DNA from: Pseudodesulfovibrio piezophilus C1TLV30
GTDB lineage: Bacteria > Desulfobacterota > Desulfovibrionia > Desulfovibrionales > Desulfovibrionaceae
Direction: 5' to 3'
Length of the DNA: 32,000 nucleotides
Assembly (NCBI RefSeq): GCF_000341895.1
Contig: NC_020409.1
Location: forward strand, 3,602,411 to 3,634,410
This document shows positions 17,635 through 26,214 of the stretch, piece after piece. The notes below the pieces were generated by a model, which saw only the letters and a program-made list of their open reading frames with translations, ran no database searches and was not told where the DNA came from. The position numbers were made by a program, and so were the translations under genes. Within the stretch, counting starts at the first letter, position 1. Each line of letters starts with the position of its first letter.

Positions 17635-20600
17635 ATGACCACTGATTTTTCCTCCCTGGATCCGAGAATAATTACTCGGGGCAGGGAGTTTTTTAATTCT
17701 ATCTCCGGCGAATCTCCTTCTGTTTTTAATAAGGGGTGGTGGACCGGCAAGGTGATGGATTGGGCTATGAAAAATGAAGATTTCAAGGTCCAGATGTTCA
17801 GATTTGTTGATGTCCTCCCATACTTGAACACATCAGAATCGCTTTCTCGCCATATAGAAGAATATTTCGCAACCGAGGATTCCAATATTCCGGATGTCTT
17901 GAAGTGGGGAGCGACAAAAACAAAAATCGGTGGTGGGTTGGTTGCCAAGGTCCTGAACAAGACAATCCGATCCAATATTGAGTCCATGGCGAGGCAGTTC
18001 ATAATCGGTCAGGTTTCCAAGGAAGCAGTCAAAGGGATCAAGAAACTTCGTAAGGATGGTTTTACATTTGTTCTTGATCTCCTTGGAGAAGCAACGGTGA
18101 GTGAAAAGGAATCAGCAGCGTACCTGGATGGTTATCTGGAAGTGCTGACAGCGATTCAAAGCGAAGTGCACAAGTGGAAGCCCCTTGAAGTTTCTTCTGG
18201 GGATCTTGACTGGGGGCATGCTCCCAAAGTGAATGTCGCAGTCAAGCCTTCCGCTTTTTACTCTCAGTCCAAACCGGTTGATATGGAAGGAACGGCTGAG
18301 GGCATGTTGGAGCGTATCGAGCCTGTTTATCGCAAGGTTATGGAAATGGGCGGTTTCATGTGCATTGACATGGAGTCTCTCAAGTACAAGGAAGCCACTG
18401 TTGAATTGTACAAGCGACTTCGCACCAAGTATCCGGAATATCCGCATCTCGGGATTGTTTTTCAAGCGTATCTCAAGAGTGTCGATAACGATGTACGCGA
18501 TCTGCTCAATTGGTCGCGCGAAAAGAACCTGCCCGCTTCCATTCGTTTGGTCAAAGGGGCTTACTGGGACTACGAAACCGTCATGGCCAAGCAGAACGGT
18601 TGGGAAGTGCCGGTCTGGACGCATAAACCTGAGTCAGACATGGCTTATGAGCGCGTCGCCCGGATGATTCTTGAAAACAGTGATATTTGTCATTTTGCCT
18701 GTGCATCCCATAATATCAGGACTATTTCGGCCGTTTTGGAGATGGCGACAGCCATGGGCGTTCCAGAGGAAAAATACGAATTTCAAGTGCTCTATGGCAT
18801 GGCTGAACCGGTTCGCAAGGGTTTGAAAAATGTTGCCAAACGAGTGCGTCTCTATTGTCCCTATGGTGATTTATTACCCGGAATGGCATATCTTGTCCGT
18901 CGATTGTTGGAAAATACGGCAAATGAATCATTCTTGAAACAGACTTTTGCCGATGAAGCAGACATGGATCGCCTGCTTGAAAATCCCGAGGTCACACTGC
19001 GGCGCCAGCTTGAAGGTAAATGCATCGTTCCGGAAGCCAATGAAGGGTTGGCGCGTTTTCAGAATTATCCCATAGTTGATTTCACAATTGCAGAAGAGCG
19101 AGCAGCTTACCCTGAGGCTATAGCCCGGTTACGGAGTTCGCTTGGCAAAAAAATACCACTTTATATCAATGGGAAGGATGTAGAGACTTCAGACATGCTC
19201 GATTCCTACAACCCGGCCAATCCGGAAGAAGTTATCGGGTCTGTGTGCCAGGCTGGAGTTGGAGAAGTTGATGATGCAGTTGAAGCGGCTTCAAAGGCAT
19301 ATCTGACATGGCGTGATGTTTCTCCTGCCGAGCGTGCAGAGGTCCTATTGAAGGCTGCCCAGTATCTCAAGGATAATATACATGACCTTTGCGCTGTACA
19401 GATTCTCGAGGTCGGGAAGCAATGGGAGCAGGCTCAGGCTGACATTGGGGAAGCCATCGATTTCATGGAATACTATGCCCGTGAAATGATCCGACTCGGT
19501 AAACCCCGTCGAATGGGACATGCTCCGGGTGAAATGAGTCATCTTTTTTATCAGGGCAAGGGAGTCGCTGCCGTCATCGCGCCCTGGAATTTTCCTCTGG
19601 CCATATCCGTGGGCATGGTTTCCGCTGCGATTGTGTCGGGGTGTCCTGTTGTCTATAAACCAGCAGGGATATCATCGTGTGTCGGACATGGGCTTGTCAA
19701 AATGTGGAAGGCCGCCGGTTTGCCTGATGGTGTTTTCAACTATTGTCCGGGACGGGGGGCTGTAGTGGGGGATCATCTGGTGGATCACCCGGATGTTGCG
19801 GTTATTGCATTCACCGGTTCCATGGAGGTGGGGCTGCGAATACAGGAGCGTGCTGCCAAGGTGCAACCAGGGCAACAACAATGCAAAAAGGTGATCGCGG
19901 AAATGGGCGGCAAGAATGCCACTATTATTGATGATGATGCTGATCTTGATGAAGCGGTTCTGGGAGTACTCTATTCCGCATTCGGCTTCCAGGGACAAAA
20001 GTGTTCGGCATGTTCACGAGTGATTGTCCTTGATGCCATTTATGATCGTTTTGTCGAACGCCTGACAGAGGCCGCCAAATCCGTCAAGCTTGGTCCGGCT
20101 GAGAATCCTGCTAACTACATGGGACCTGTTGTTGATAGAGCTGCTCAGGAAAATGTGTTGCGCTATGTCAAGATAGCTGAAGAGGAAGGGCAGTTGCTCG
20201 TCAAATTGGAGGCATCAGCAGATCTCAGGGCCACAGGAGGATGCTATGTGCCACTGACTATTGTTGAAAAGATCGCCAAAGATCATCGAATTGCTCAAGA
20301 AGAAGTTTTTGGTCCCATTCTGGCTGTCATGCGTGCCGGGGATATGGATGAGGCTTTGGATATTGCCAATTCAACGCGGTTTGCTTTGACTGGAGCCATC
20401 TACACTCGGAGTCCGGCACATTTGGAGCGGGCAGCCAATGAATTCCGTGTTGGGAATCTTTACCTGAATAAACCGTCAGTCGGTGCCATGGTCGAACGCC
20501 ATGCCTTTGGTGGATTTAAAATGTCTGGTGTCGGTTCGAAGTCCGGTGGGCCGGATTACCTGCTTCAGTTTCTTGATCCTCGCCTGGTGTGTGAAAACAC

Positions 20601-20652
20601 CATCCGACGGGGATTTGCTCCGATTGAAGAAGGCGATGACTGGTTGAGTTGA
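17635..20652 (+). CDS. putA: Bifunctional proline dehydrogenase / L-glutamate-gamma-semialdehyde (P5C) dehydrogenase
   Basis: 1005 aa. PRODH barrel motifs (LVKGAYWDYE, LVRRLLENTANESF) are followed by an ALDH domain with EMGGKN and the catalytic Cys in FGFQGQKCSACSR. AAGGAG lies 6 nt before the ATG. No N-terminal RHH DNA-binding domain. Confidence 0.9.
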   Translation: MTTDFSSLDPRIITRGREFFNSISGESPSVFNKGWWTGKVMDWAMKNEDFKVQMFRFVDVLPYLNTSESLSRHIEEYFATEDSNIPDVLKWGATKTKIGGGLVAKVLNKTIRSNIESMARQFIIGQVSKEAVKGIKKLRKDGFTFVLDLLGEATVSEKESAAYLDGYLEVLTAIQSEVHKWKPLEVSSGDLDWGHAPKVNVAVKPSAFYSQSKPVDMEGTAEGMLERIEPVYRKVMEMGGFMCIDMESLKYKEATVELYKRLRTKYPEYPHLGIVFQAYLKSVDNDVRDLLNWSREKNLPASIRLVKGAYWDYETVMAKQNGWEVPVWTHKPESDMAYERVARMILENSDICHFACASHNIRTISAVLEMATAMGVPEEKYEFQVLYGMAEPVRKGLKNVAKRVRLYCPYGDLLPGMAYLVRRLLENTANESFLKQTFADEADMDRLLENPEVTLRRQLEGKCIVPEANEGLARFQNYPIVDFTIAEERAAYPEAIARLRSSLGKKIPLYINGKDVETSDMLDSYNPANPEEVIGSVCQAGVGEVDDAVEAASKAYLTWRDVSPAERAEVLLKAAQYLKDNIHDLCAVQILEVGKQWEQAQADIGEAIDFMEYYAREMIRLGKPRRMGHAPGEMSHLFYQGKGVAAVIAPWNFPLAISVGMVSAAIVSGCPVVYKPAGISSCVGHGLVKMWKAAGLPDGVFNYCPGRGAVVGDHLVDHPDVAVIAFTGSMEVGLRIQERAAKVQPGQQQCKKVIAEMGGKNATIIDDDADLDEAVLGVLYSAFGFQGQKCSACSRVIVLDAIYDRFVERLTEAAKSVKLGPAENPANYMGPVVDRAAQENVLRYVKIAEEEGQLLVKLEASADLRATGGCYVPLTIVEKIAKDHRIAQEEVFGPILAVMRAGDMDEALDIANSTRFALTGAIYTRSPAHLERAANEFRVGNLYLNKPSVGAMVERHAFGGFKMSGVGSKSGGPDYLLQFLDPRLVCENTIRRGFAPIEEGDDWLS

Positions 20653-20670
20653 CCCTTTCTGATTTGAATG

Positions 20671-20712
20671 AAAAGTCCCCGGTTCGCAGGCTGCGAGCCG
20701 GGGACTTTTGTT
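20671..20712. terminator. Terminator hairpin after putA, usable from both strands (also downstream of the GNAT gene)
   Basis: AAAAGTCCCCGG...CCGGGGACTTTTG with additional inner pairing. The stem is flanked by A-run and T-run sequences on both sides. Confidence 0.8.
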
Positions 20713-20809
20713 GAGTCTGTGATAATTCAGTGCAGGCACTGGCTTTTCAAGAAAATAAGCACGTCCTACCAGACCCAATGACACAATGTATTATTGCAAA
20801 AACGGGAGG

Positions 20810-21301
20810 TTAAAGTGTCATGGTCATTTCATGCCACTTGACTCCGCCATGGGTGGAAGCGGAGAGCCCTGCATCCTTGAAACCATGGCGTACATAATAT
20901 GCAATGAGCGCCTCTTTGCATAAGAGGAGTACTTTGGATTTTCCAAGCTCCTTGGCCTGGGCAATAAAACTGGCGAGCAGAAGGCTCCCTATGCCGCGTT
21001 TTCTGTACTTCGGTAAAACCGAAAGGGAAAAGATGACGATATTGCAGCCCTCGGGATCATGCCCGATTAGCTGCTTGAATTCTTCGTCTGAAATATCATC
21101 CTTGCTGGTGGAACCACTATTGATCTGTCCGATAACCTTTCCGGCACATTCAGCAACGAAAAAACCTTCAGGATAGGTGGTGATTCGTGCTTCCAGTGAG
21201 GTTGTCAATGCTGCCTCACAGGGAGGGAAAGATTGGGATTCAATAGTGTGACATGCTGTCAGGTCGTCTGGTTCCACCATTCTTACAGTGAATTCGCTCA
21301 T
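20810..21301 (-). CDS. GNAT-family N-acetyltransferase
   Basis: 163 aa with the acetyl-CoA binding motif VLPKYRKRGIGSLLL. Lies 23 nt downstream of the ABC-F gene. Confidence 0.8.
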   Translation of the reverse strand: MSEFTVRMVEPDDLTACHTIESQSFPPCEAALTTSLEARITTYPEGFFVAECAGKVIGQINSGSTSKDDISDEEFKQLIGHDPEGCNIVIFSLSVLPKYRKRGIGSLLLASFIAQAKELGKSKVLLLCKEALIAYYVRHGFKDAGLSASTHGGVKWHEMTMTL

Positions 21302-21324
21302 TGTGGTGTTCCTGTTGTGTTGGT

Positions 21325-23256
21325 TTAATCCAATGAGGTGGTTGCAAGGGCTTCTTCAAGGTCTTCCCATGTGCTGTAAGCAGTTTCCAATTCTCTTTCA
21401 AGCTCTTCAAGGCGACCTTGATCTGTCGCCATTTCTTCAGACGAATGTTTAAAATAGTCCGGGGAAGACATTTTGTCTTGAATCGACTGAATATCCTGCT
21501 CCAGTGATTCAATCCTTGCGGGCATTTTCTTGAGTTGATCCCGTTTTTTCTCCAACTCATATTTTTCTTTGTAACTGAGTTTTTTGGGTCTTTGGTCTGG
21601 CTCTTTTCTTTCTTCCATCAGAGGCTTGCATGTTCGAGAAGATGGAGACGGCTTGTCTGGGCGTTGCCGGAGCCAATCATCATACCCCCCGACATATTCT
21701 GCGGCATGTCCATTTCCCTCGAAAGCAATGGTCGACGTGACCACATTATTGAGAAAAGCCCTGTCATGGCTGACGAGGAGAAGAGTGCCCGGATAATCCA
21801 TGAGAAGCTCCTCAAGCAAATCGAGAGTCTCAACGTCTAGGTCGTTGGTCGGTTCATCCATGACAAGAACATTAGATGGTCTGGTAAAAAGGCGAGCCAG
21901 CAGGAGCCTGTTTCGTTCGCCCCCTGAAAGGACAGAGACGGGGACTTTTGCTCGGTCTGGGGTGAAAAGGAAATCCTTGAGGTGACTCATGACATGTCGT
22001 CGATGCCCATTGATATCCACAAAATCGTTGCCGTCTGCAATATTGTGCCGTGCGGATTTTGTCTCATCCAGCTGTTCGCGAAGTTGATCGAAATAGCTGA
22101 TCTGGAGATTGACTCCCTGTCTGATGGAACCGGAATGAGGAGTTATGGACCCGAGAAGAATATTGAGCAGTGTCGTTTTCCCAACTCCATTCGGTCCGAT
22201 CAGGCCGACTTTGTCACCACGCATGATTGAGGCGGAAAAATTATCTATCAGTATTTTATCTTCATATCCGAAGCAAATATGACTGGCTTCTACAACCAGT
22301 TTTCCTGTTCGCTCCGCATCCTGAATGACCATTTTGACTGATCCGGTTCTCTCTCGACGGGCTGTGTGCTCCTCTCGCATTTTGATCAGGTCTCTGACTC
22401 GTCCCATGTTTCGAGTCCGACGAGCTTTGATACCTTGTCGAATCCATGTTTCCTCTTCCGCCAGTTTGCGATCGAAATTATGATTTTGCTTTGCCTCGGC
22501 TTCAAGGTCGGCCTCTTTACGTTTGAGGTAGGTTGCGTAGTCACAATCCCAATTGAAGAGGCGGCTTCGGTCCAACTCGATAATACGCGTGGCTATACGT
22601 TTCAGAAAGGCCCGGTCATGGGTCACGAAGAGAAGGGCTGCATTTTGTCTAAGCAGAAAATCTTCGAGCCAAGTAATTGATTCGATATCAAGATGATTGG
22701 TGGGTTCATCAAGGATCAACAAGTCTGGGTTACTGACAAGTGCCCGAGCGAGTAAGGTGCGCCTTTTGGTTCCGCCGGAAAGGGAATCAAAAATTTCTTC
22801 ACCGTCAAGTTTCAGATGGGAGAGGACAGTTTCGATGGTCTGGTGGTGCGGCCATCCTCCTGATTCTTCCAGTGCGTGTTGTGCCTTTTCCATTTGAGTC
22901 AAGAGGGCTTCGTGATCGCCCTTTTCCAAAGAAAGCGAGCGAGCGGCAGAGTGATAGGTGCTTAAATTTTTGCCAATTTCTCCCAGGCCTTGGGCTGTGA
23001 CATCATAAACTGTTCCGCCGAGGTCATGAGGAACTTCCTGAGGTAAAAGAGCCACACGAGCACCTCGTGCATAGTCCACGCTGCCGCCATCAGGAGAGAC
23101 TGAACCGTCTATGATGCCGAGGAGAGTTGATTTTCCTTCACCATTGCGGCCCAGTAAGCAGGCTCTTTCCCCTGGTTCGATCTGCATGGAAACGCTATCC
23201 AGCAGGAGAGTGCCGGTGAAATTAATGGAGATATCGCGCAGGCTGACTACGGCCAT
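21325..23256 (-). CDS. uup: ABC-F family ATPase (Uup-like, no transmembrane domain)
   Basis: Two nucleotide-binding domains: GRNGEGKST with LSGGTKRRTLLA and LLILDEPTNHLD; GPNGVGKTT with LSGGERNRLLLA and VLVMDEPTNDLD. The C-terminus is a charged coiled coil. ATG 23256 with GAGGAA upstream is preferred over the track's TTG 23268. Confidence 0.85.
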   Translation of the reverse strand: MAVVSLRDISINFTGTLLLDSVSMQIEPGERACLLGRNGEGKSTLLGIIDGSVSPDGGSVDYARGARVALLPQEVPHDLGGTVYDVTAQGLGEIGKNLSTYHSAARSLSLEKGDHEALLTQMEKAQHALEESGGWPHHQTIETVLSHLKLDGEEIFDSLSGGTKRRTLLARALVSNPDLLILDEPTNHLDIESITWLEDFLLRQNAALLFVTHDRAFLKRIATRIIELDRSRLFNWDCDYATYLKRKEADLEAEAKQNHNFDRKLAEEETWIRQGIKARRTRNMGRVRDLIKMREEHTARRERTGSVKMVIQDAERTGKLVVEASHICFGYEDKILIDNFSASIMRGDKVGLIGPNGVGKTTLLNILLGSITPHSGSIRQGVNLQISYFDQLREQLDETKSARHNIADGNDFVDINGHRRHVMSHLKDFLFTPDRAKVPVSVLSGGERNRLLLARLFTRPSNVLVMDEPTNDLDVETLDLLEELLMDYPGTLLLVSHDRAFLNNVVTSTIAFEGNGHAAEYVGGYDDWLRQRPDKPSPSSRTCKPLMEERKEPDQRPKKLSYKEKYELEKKRDQLKKMPARIESLEQDIQSIQDKMSSPDYFKHSSEEMATDQGRLEELERELETAYSTWEDLEEALATTSLD

Positions 23257-23263
23257 GGTATTC

Positions 23264-23296
23264 CTCAAAAAAAGAGGGCTGAAGGATCAGCCCTCT
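23264..23296 (-). terminator. Rho-independent terminator after rpe
   Basis: The minus-strand RNA reads AGAGGGCTGA-TCCT-TCAGCCCTCT followed by TTTTTTT. The T-tract abuts the uup RBS. Confidence 0.8.
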
Positions 23297-23319
23297 GAAA
23301 AGTTATCTGGTGTTCGTTG

Positions 23320-23970
23320 CTACTTGCAGGCGTTCTGAAAAGTCTTGAGACGCTCGGCATAAGGAGGATGACCGAAAAATGCAGAGCCGGAAACCAGGAC
23401 ATCGACGCCTGCTTCCGTTAACTCTCTGGCATTTTCAGCCGTTACTCCACCATCGATCTGGATAAGAGTGTCGGCTCCAGCTTCTGTGATCATTCCTTTG
23501 AGTTCCTTGACCTTGTCCAGGCAGAAAGGAATGAACTTTTGCCCTCCAAATCCGGGATTCACAGACATGATCAGAACCATGTAAAGTTGTGGAAGCAGGT
23601 AGCGGATACTTTCAAGAGAGGTATGTGGATTGAGTGCGACAGCCGGTTTGGCACCGGTTTCAGCTATTTGGGTGCATACACGCTCTAGGTGGGTACACGC
23701 TTCCGCATGGACGCAGATGAGATCGGCTCCCGCTTCGGTAAAACTTTCGACATACCGGCCAGGATCATTGACCATGAGGTGACAGTCGAAGAAGAGATTC
23801 GACTTGGCCCGCATGGCTTTGATGATGGGTGGCCCGAAAGTGATGTTAGGGACGAACATACCGTCCATGATGTCGAGATGGACCCATTCGAGTCCTGCCT
23901 TTTCCAAGGCCTTCAACTCGGATTCCATATTAGCGAAGTCCGAGGAGAGCATGGAAGGAGAAAGTATCAT
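23320..23970 (-). CDS. rpe: Ribulose-phosphate 3-epimerase
   Basis: Blocks SPSMLSSDF, HLDIMDGMFVPNITFG, HLMV, MSVNPGFGGQKF and QIDGG are typical of Rpe. Confidence 0.92.
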   Translation of the reverse strand: MILSPSMLSSDFANMESELKALEKAGLEWVHLDIMDGMFVPNITFGPPIIKAMRAKSNLFFDCHLMVNDPGRYVESFTEAGADLICVHAEACTHLERVCTQIAETGAKPAVALNPHTSLESIRYLLPQLYMVLIMSVNPGFGGQKFIPFCLDKVKELKGMITEAGADTLIQIDGGVTAENARELTEAGVDVLVSGSAFFGHPPYAERLKTFQNACK

Positions 23971-24162
23971 GCTTGAAACTCCGATTAAGAGAATTGATTG
24001 CTGGAAAGTATGTATCCGAGACCGCTTCGGTAAGCAAGAGTTGGCTTGTTATAAGTCGAATACCGACGAACTCTTTGGAAAGGAGGGCGCGTGTGACTTT
24101 TTTAAGAGCCTTGTTATTTCCAAAGATATAGAGCGGATGTGTCTCTAATACCCAGATGCATG

Positions 24163-24200
24163 AGAAAAGACCCCGCCATCAAAAAGAGATGCGGGGTCTT
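24163..24200 (-). terminator. Rho-independent terminator ending the hemB-ahbD-ahbA-membrane protein transcription unit
   Basis: AAGACCCCGC (24167-24176) pairs with GCGGGGTCTT (24191-24200). On the minus strand it is followed by TTCTC, so together with the two 3' T residues of the stem the U-rich stretch reads TTTTCTC. Confidence 0.75.
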
Positions 24201-24210
24201 CCTATTATTC

Positions 24211-24540
24211 TTAATTTCGCTTGGTGCCTATGAGCTTTTCGGCCATAAGGCCCAGAACACTGCCGAGGACAATGGATGAGAGTAAGAGTATAATCCAGGC
24301 CGTAGGATCATGTTCCGTTGTCAAAATCGCCAAAGGGGCACCTGTCAGCAGAGCGAGGGTTATGCCTGAAAGCCAACTGTTCATTGGTAATCGCGCAAAT
24401 GTTATGATGATACCCAGTGCCTGCCAGTGTACCATGGTCGAGATAGTCGTTTGCCATGAGAGTCCCTGGATTGCCATAGGAATGACATCAATAATTCCGG
24501 CTGCTGTTCCAAGCAGGAGTGCCTTGACGAGTTTCTCCAT
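24211..24540 (-). CDS. Small integral membrane protein (109 aa, about 4 TM helices), function unknown
   Basis: Hydrophobic segments LLLGTAAGIIDVIPMAI, WQALGIIITFARL, LSGITLALLTGAPLAIL and AWIILLLSSIVLGSVLGLMA. It starts 18 nt after the ahbA stop and is followed by a terminator. The RBS is weak. Confidence 0.6.
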   Translation of the reverse strand: MEKLVKALLLGTAAGIIDVIPMAIQGLSWQTTISTMVHWQALGIIITFARLPMNSWLSGITLALLTGAPLAILTTEHDPTAWIILLLSSIVLGSVLGLMAEKLIGTKRN

Positions 24541-24558
24541 ATATCTTCGAAAGTGTGC

Positions 24559-25008
24559 TTACTTGTTCATTTTGAAGTCAACTTTAACCTTGAACATCTT
24601 GTCTGCGGGGAGATTCAGAATCTTGACTCCGGTTTTTTCGGTGATGCCATTAAGGATGGATTCGACCGCGTCCATATTCGGTGCGATGAGGGCGAACCAG
24701 ATGTTGAATTCGTTTTCGCGCAAGTAGTTGTGCGTCACGCCATCATGTTGGTTGACCTCAGCAATGAACTCTTCAATTTTTTCCTGAGGAACCGAAGCTG
24801 CGCACAAGGTCGATTGCCAGCCCAATGTTTTGGACGTGAAATTGGCTCCCATGCGTCGAATAATGCCTGCCTCTTTTAAATCTCTGACTCGTTTCAGGAC
24901 ATCTTCCTCAGATAGTCCAACCTGTTTCCCCACCTCTTCATAGGGGCGAGAAGCAAGGGGAAAATGGGACTGGATGATGTCGAGTATCTGCTTATCGTAA
25001 TTATCCAT
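24559..25008 (-). CDS. ahbA: Siroheme decarboxylase subunit (AhbA/AhbB family, Lrp/AsnC-like)
   Basis: 149 aa. MDNYDKQILDIIQSHFPLASRPYEEVGKQVGLSEEDVLKRVRDLKEAGIIRRMGA is the NirD/L/G/H-AhbA/B type N-terminus. The ahbA rather than ahbB call rests on synteny with the Desulfovibrio vulgaris ahbA-ahbD-hemB-ahbC arrangement as I recall it. Confidence 0.7.
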   Translation of the reverse strand: MDNYDKQILDIIQSHFPLASRPYEEVGKQVGLSEEDVLKRVRDLKEAGIIRRMGANFTSKTLGWQSTLCAASVPQEKIEEFIAEVNQHDGVTHNYLRENEFNIWFALIAPNMDAVESILNGITEKTGVKILNLPADKMFKVKVDFKMNK

Positions 25009-25009
25009 A

Positions 25010-26212
25010 TTACTTCTTTGGCTTTTTTTTCGGTGTATAGGAACAGAGAGGCTCTTCTTTAAGGTAGTGTCCTTTCATGGTTTGCGCACGAGCGCGGCAC
25101 CCGCCACAGACTTTTTCATATTCACAGTAACCGCATTTTCCATCATACACATCGGGGTTGCGTAAGTTCTTGAATTGCTGGGATTGTTTCCAGATGTCCG
25201 GGAAAGGCGTTTCCCGGACATTTCCACAGTCCAGTTCCAGATACCCACAAGGTTGTACCTGGCCTCTGTGTGAAATGAAGCAAAAACCGACGCCGCCGAG
25301 ACAGCCTCGGCTAACCGCGTCCAGCCCGAAATTCTGAAAGTCCACGGGGGTTCCGTCTTCCTTGGCCCTTTGCCGGAGAATCCGGTGATAATGCGGTGCA
25401 CATGTTGCTTTGAGTTGCATGTTGGTGGTCTTGCGAAAATCATAGAACCAGTTGAGGACTTCTTCATATTGTCCCGCAGTAATGACCTCGGTTCCGAGTT
25501 CGACCGCTCTTCCTGTGGGAACCAGGAGGAATATATGCCAAGCGGAAGCACCGAGATCTTCGCATAAATTGAAGATATTTTTGAAGAGATGCAGATTGTT
25601 TTTGGTTACAGTCGTGTTGATCTGAAACTCGATACCTGCGTCCTTCAAATATTGAATTCCGCGCATGGAAGCATCAAATGCGCCAAGTTCACCCCGAAAT
25701 TCATCGTGTTGCACTGCTTCAGGGGCGTCGATTGAGATCGAGCATCGTTCAATCCCGGCGGCTTTCATTTTTTGGGCAGTCTCCGGTGTGATCAATGTTC
25801 CATTGGGAGCCATGACACAGCGCAGTCCCTTGGTTTTGGCATACTCGATCAGCTCGTATACATCATGACGCATCATGGGTTCGCCGCCGGTGAAGATGAT
25901 GATCGGGTTGCCTACATCTGGAAATGTATCGATCAATGCTTTTGCTTCCTTGGTGGAAAGCTCCCCGTCGTATGGTTCCGGGTGCGCCTCGGCCCGGCAG
26001 TGTTTGCAGGCCAGATTGCAGGACCGGGTGACTTCCCAGGCAACAAGTCTGCATATGGGAGTTGTTCCGTCGTCCAGAAATCGTTTGGGTGCGGATTCTG
26101 CGCCAGGGTGCGTCTTACCATGTGGATGACTACCGGGATGGCCTCCGGGATGTCCCTCTGGAGGGCAGCCACCGGAATGACCGTCGCCAGGATGTCCTTT
26201 GTGTTCACTCAT
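25010..26212 (-). CDS. ahbD: Radical SAM/SPASM heme synthase AhbD (Fe-coproporphyrin III to heme b) with a His/Gly/Pro-rich N-terminal extension
   Basis: Radical SAM motif CNLACKHC and C-terminal SPASM-type cysteines (CGYLELDCGN..., GKCGYCEYEKVCGGCRARA). The start is coupled to the hemB stop (TAA-TC-ATG). The AhbD versus AhbC assignment rests on synteny and the full SPASM motif. Confidence 0.7.
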   Translation of the reverse strand: MSEHKGHPGDGHSGGCPPEGHPGGHPGSHPHGKTHPGAESAPKRFLDDGTTPICRLVAWEVTRSCNLACKHCRAEAHPEPYDGELSTKEAKALIDTFPDVGNPIIIFTGGEPMMRHDVYELIEYAKTKGLRCVMAPNGTLITPETAQKMKAAGIERCSISIDAPEAVQHDEFRGELGAFDASMRGIQYLKDAGIEFQINTTVTKNNLHLFKNIFNLCEDLGASAWHIFLLVPTGRAVELGTEVITAGQYEEVLNWFYDFRKTTNMQLKATCAPHYHRILRQRAKEDGTPVDFQNFGLDAVSRGCLGGVGFCFISHRGQVQPCGYLELDCGNVRETPFPDIWKQSQQFKNLRNPDVYDGKCGYCEYEKVCGGCRARAQTMKGHYLKEEPLCSYTPKKKPKK

Positions 26213-26214
26213 GA

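Noticed and set aside
20533-20544. tRNA T-arm-like string GGTTCGAAGTCC.
   Set aside because: It lies inside the uninterrupted putA reading frame (MSGVGSKSGGP). There is no acceptor, D-arm or anticodon-arm pairing around it.
23969-24148. Plus-strand ORF (MLETPIKRIDCWKV...) in the rpe upstream region, and a 15-codon minus-strand mini-ORF after the terminator.
   Set aside because: Neither has an RBS. The first begins antisense to the rpe start codon. The composition is not protein-like. The region is better explained as the rpe promoter and leader.
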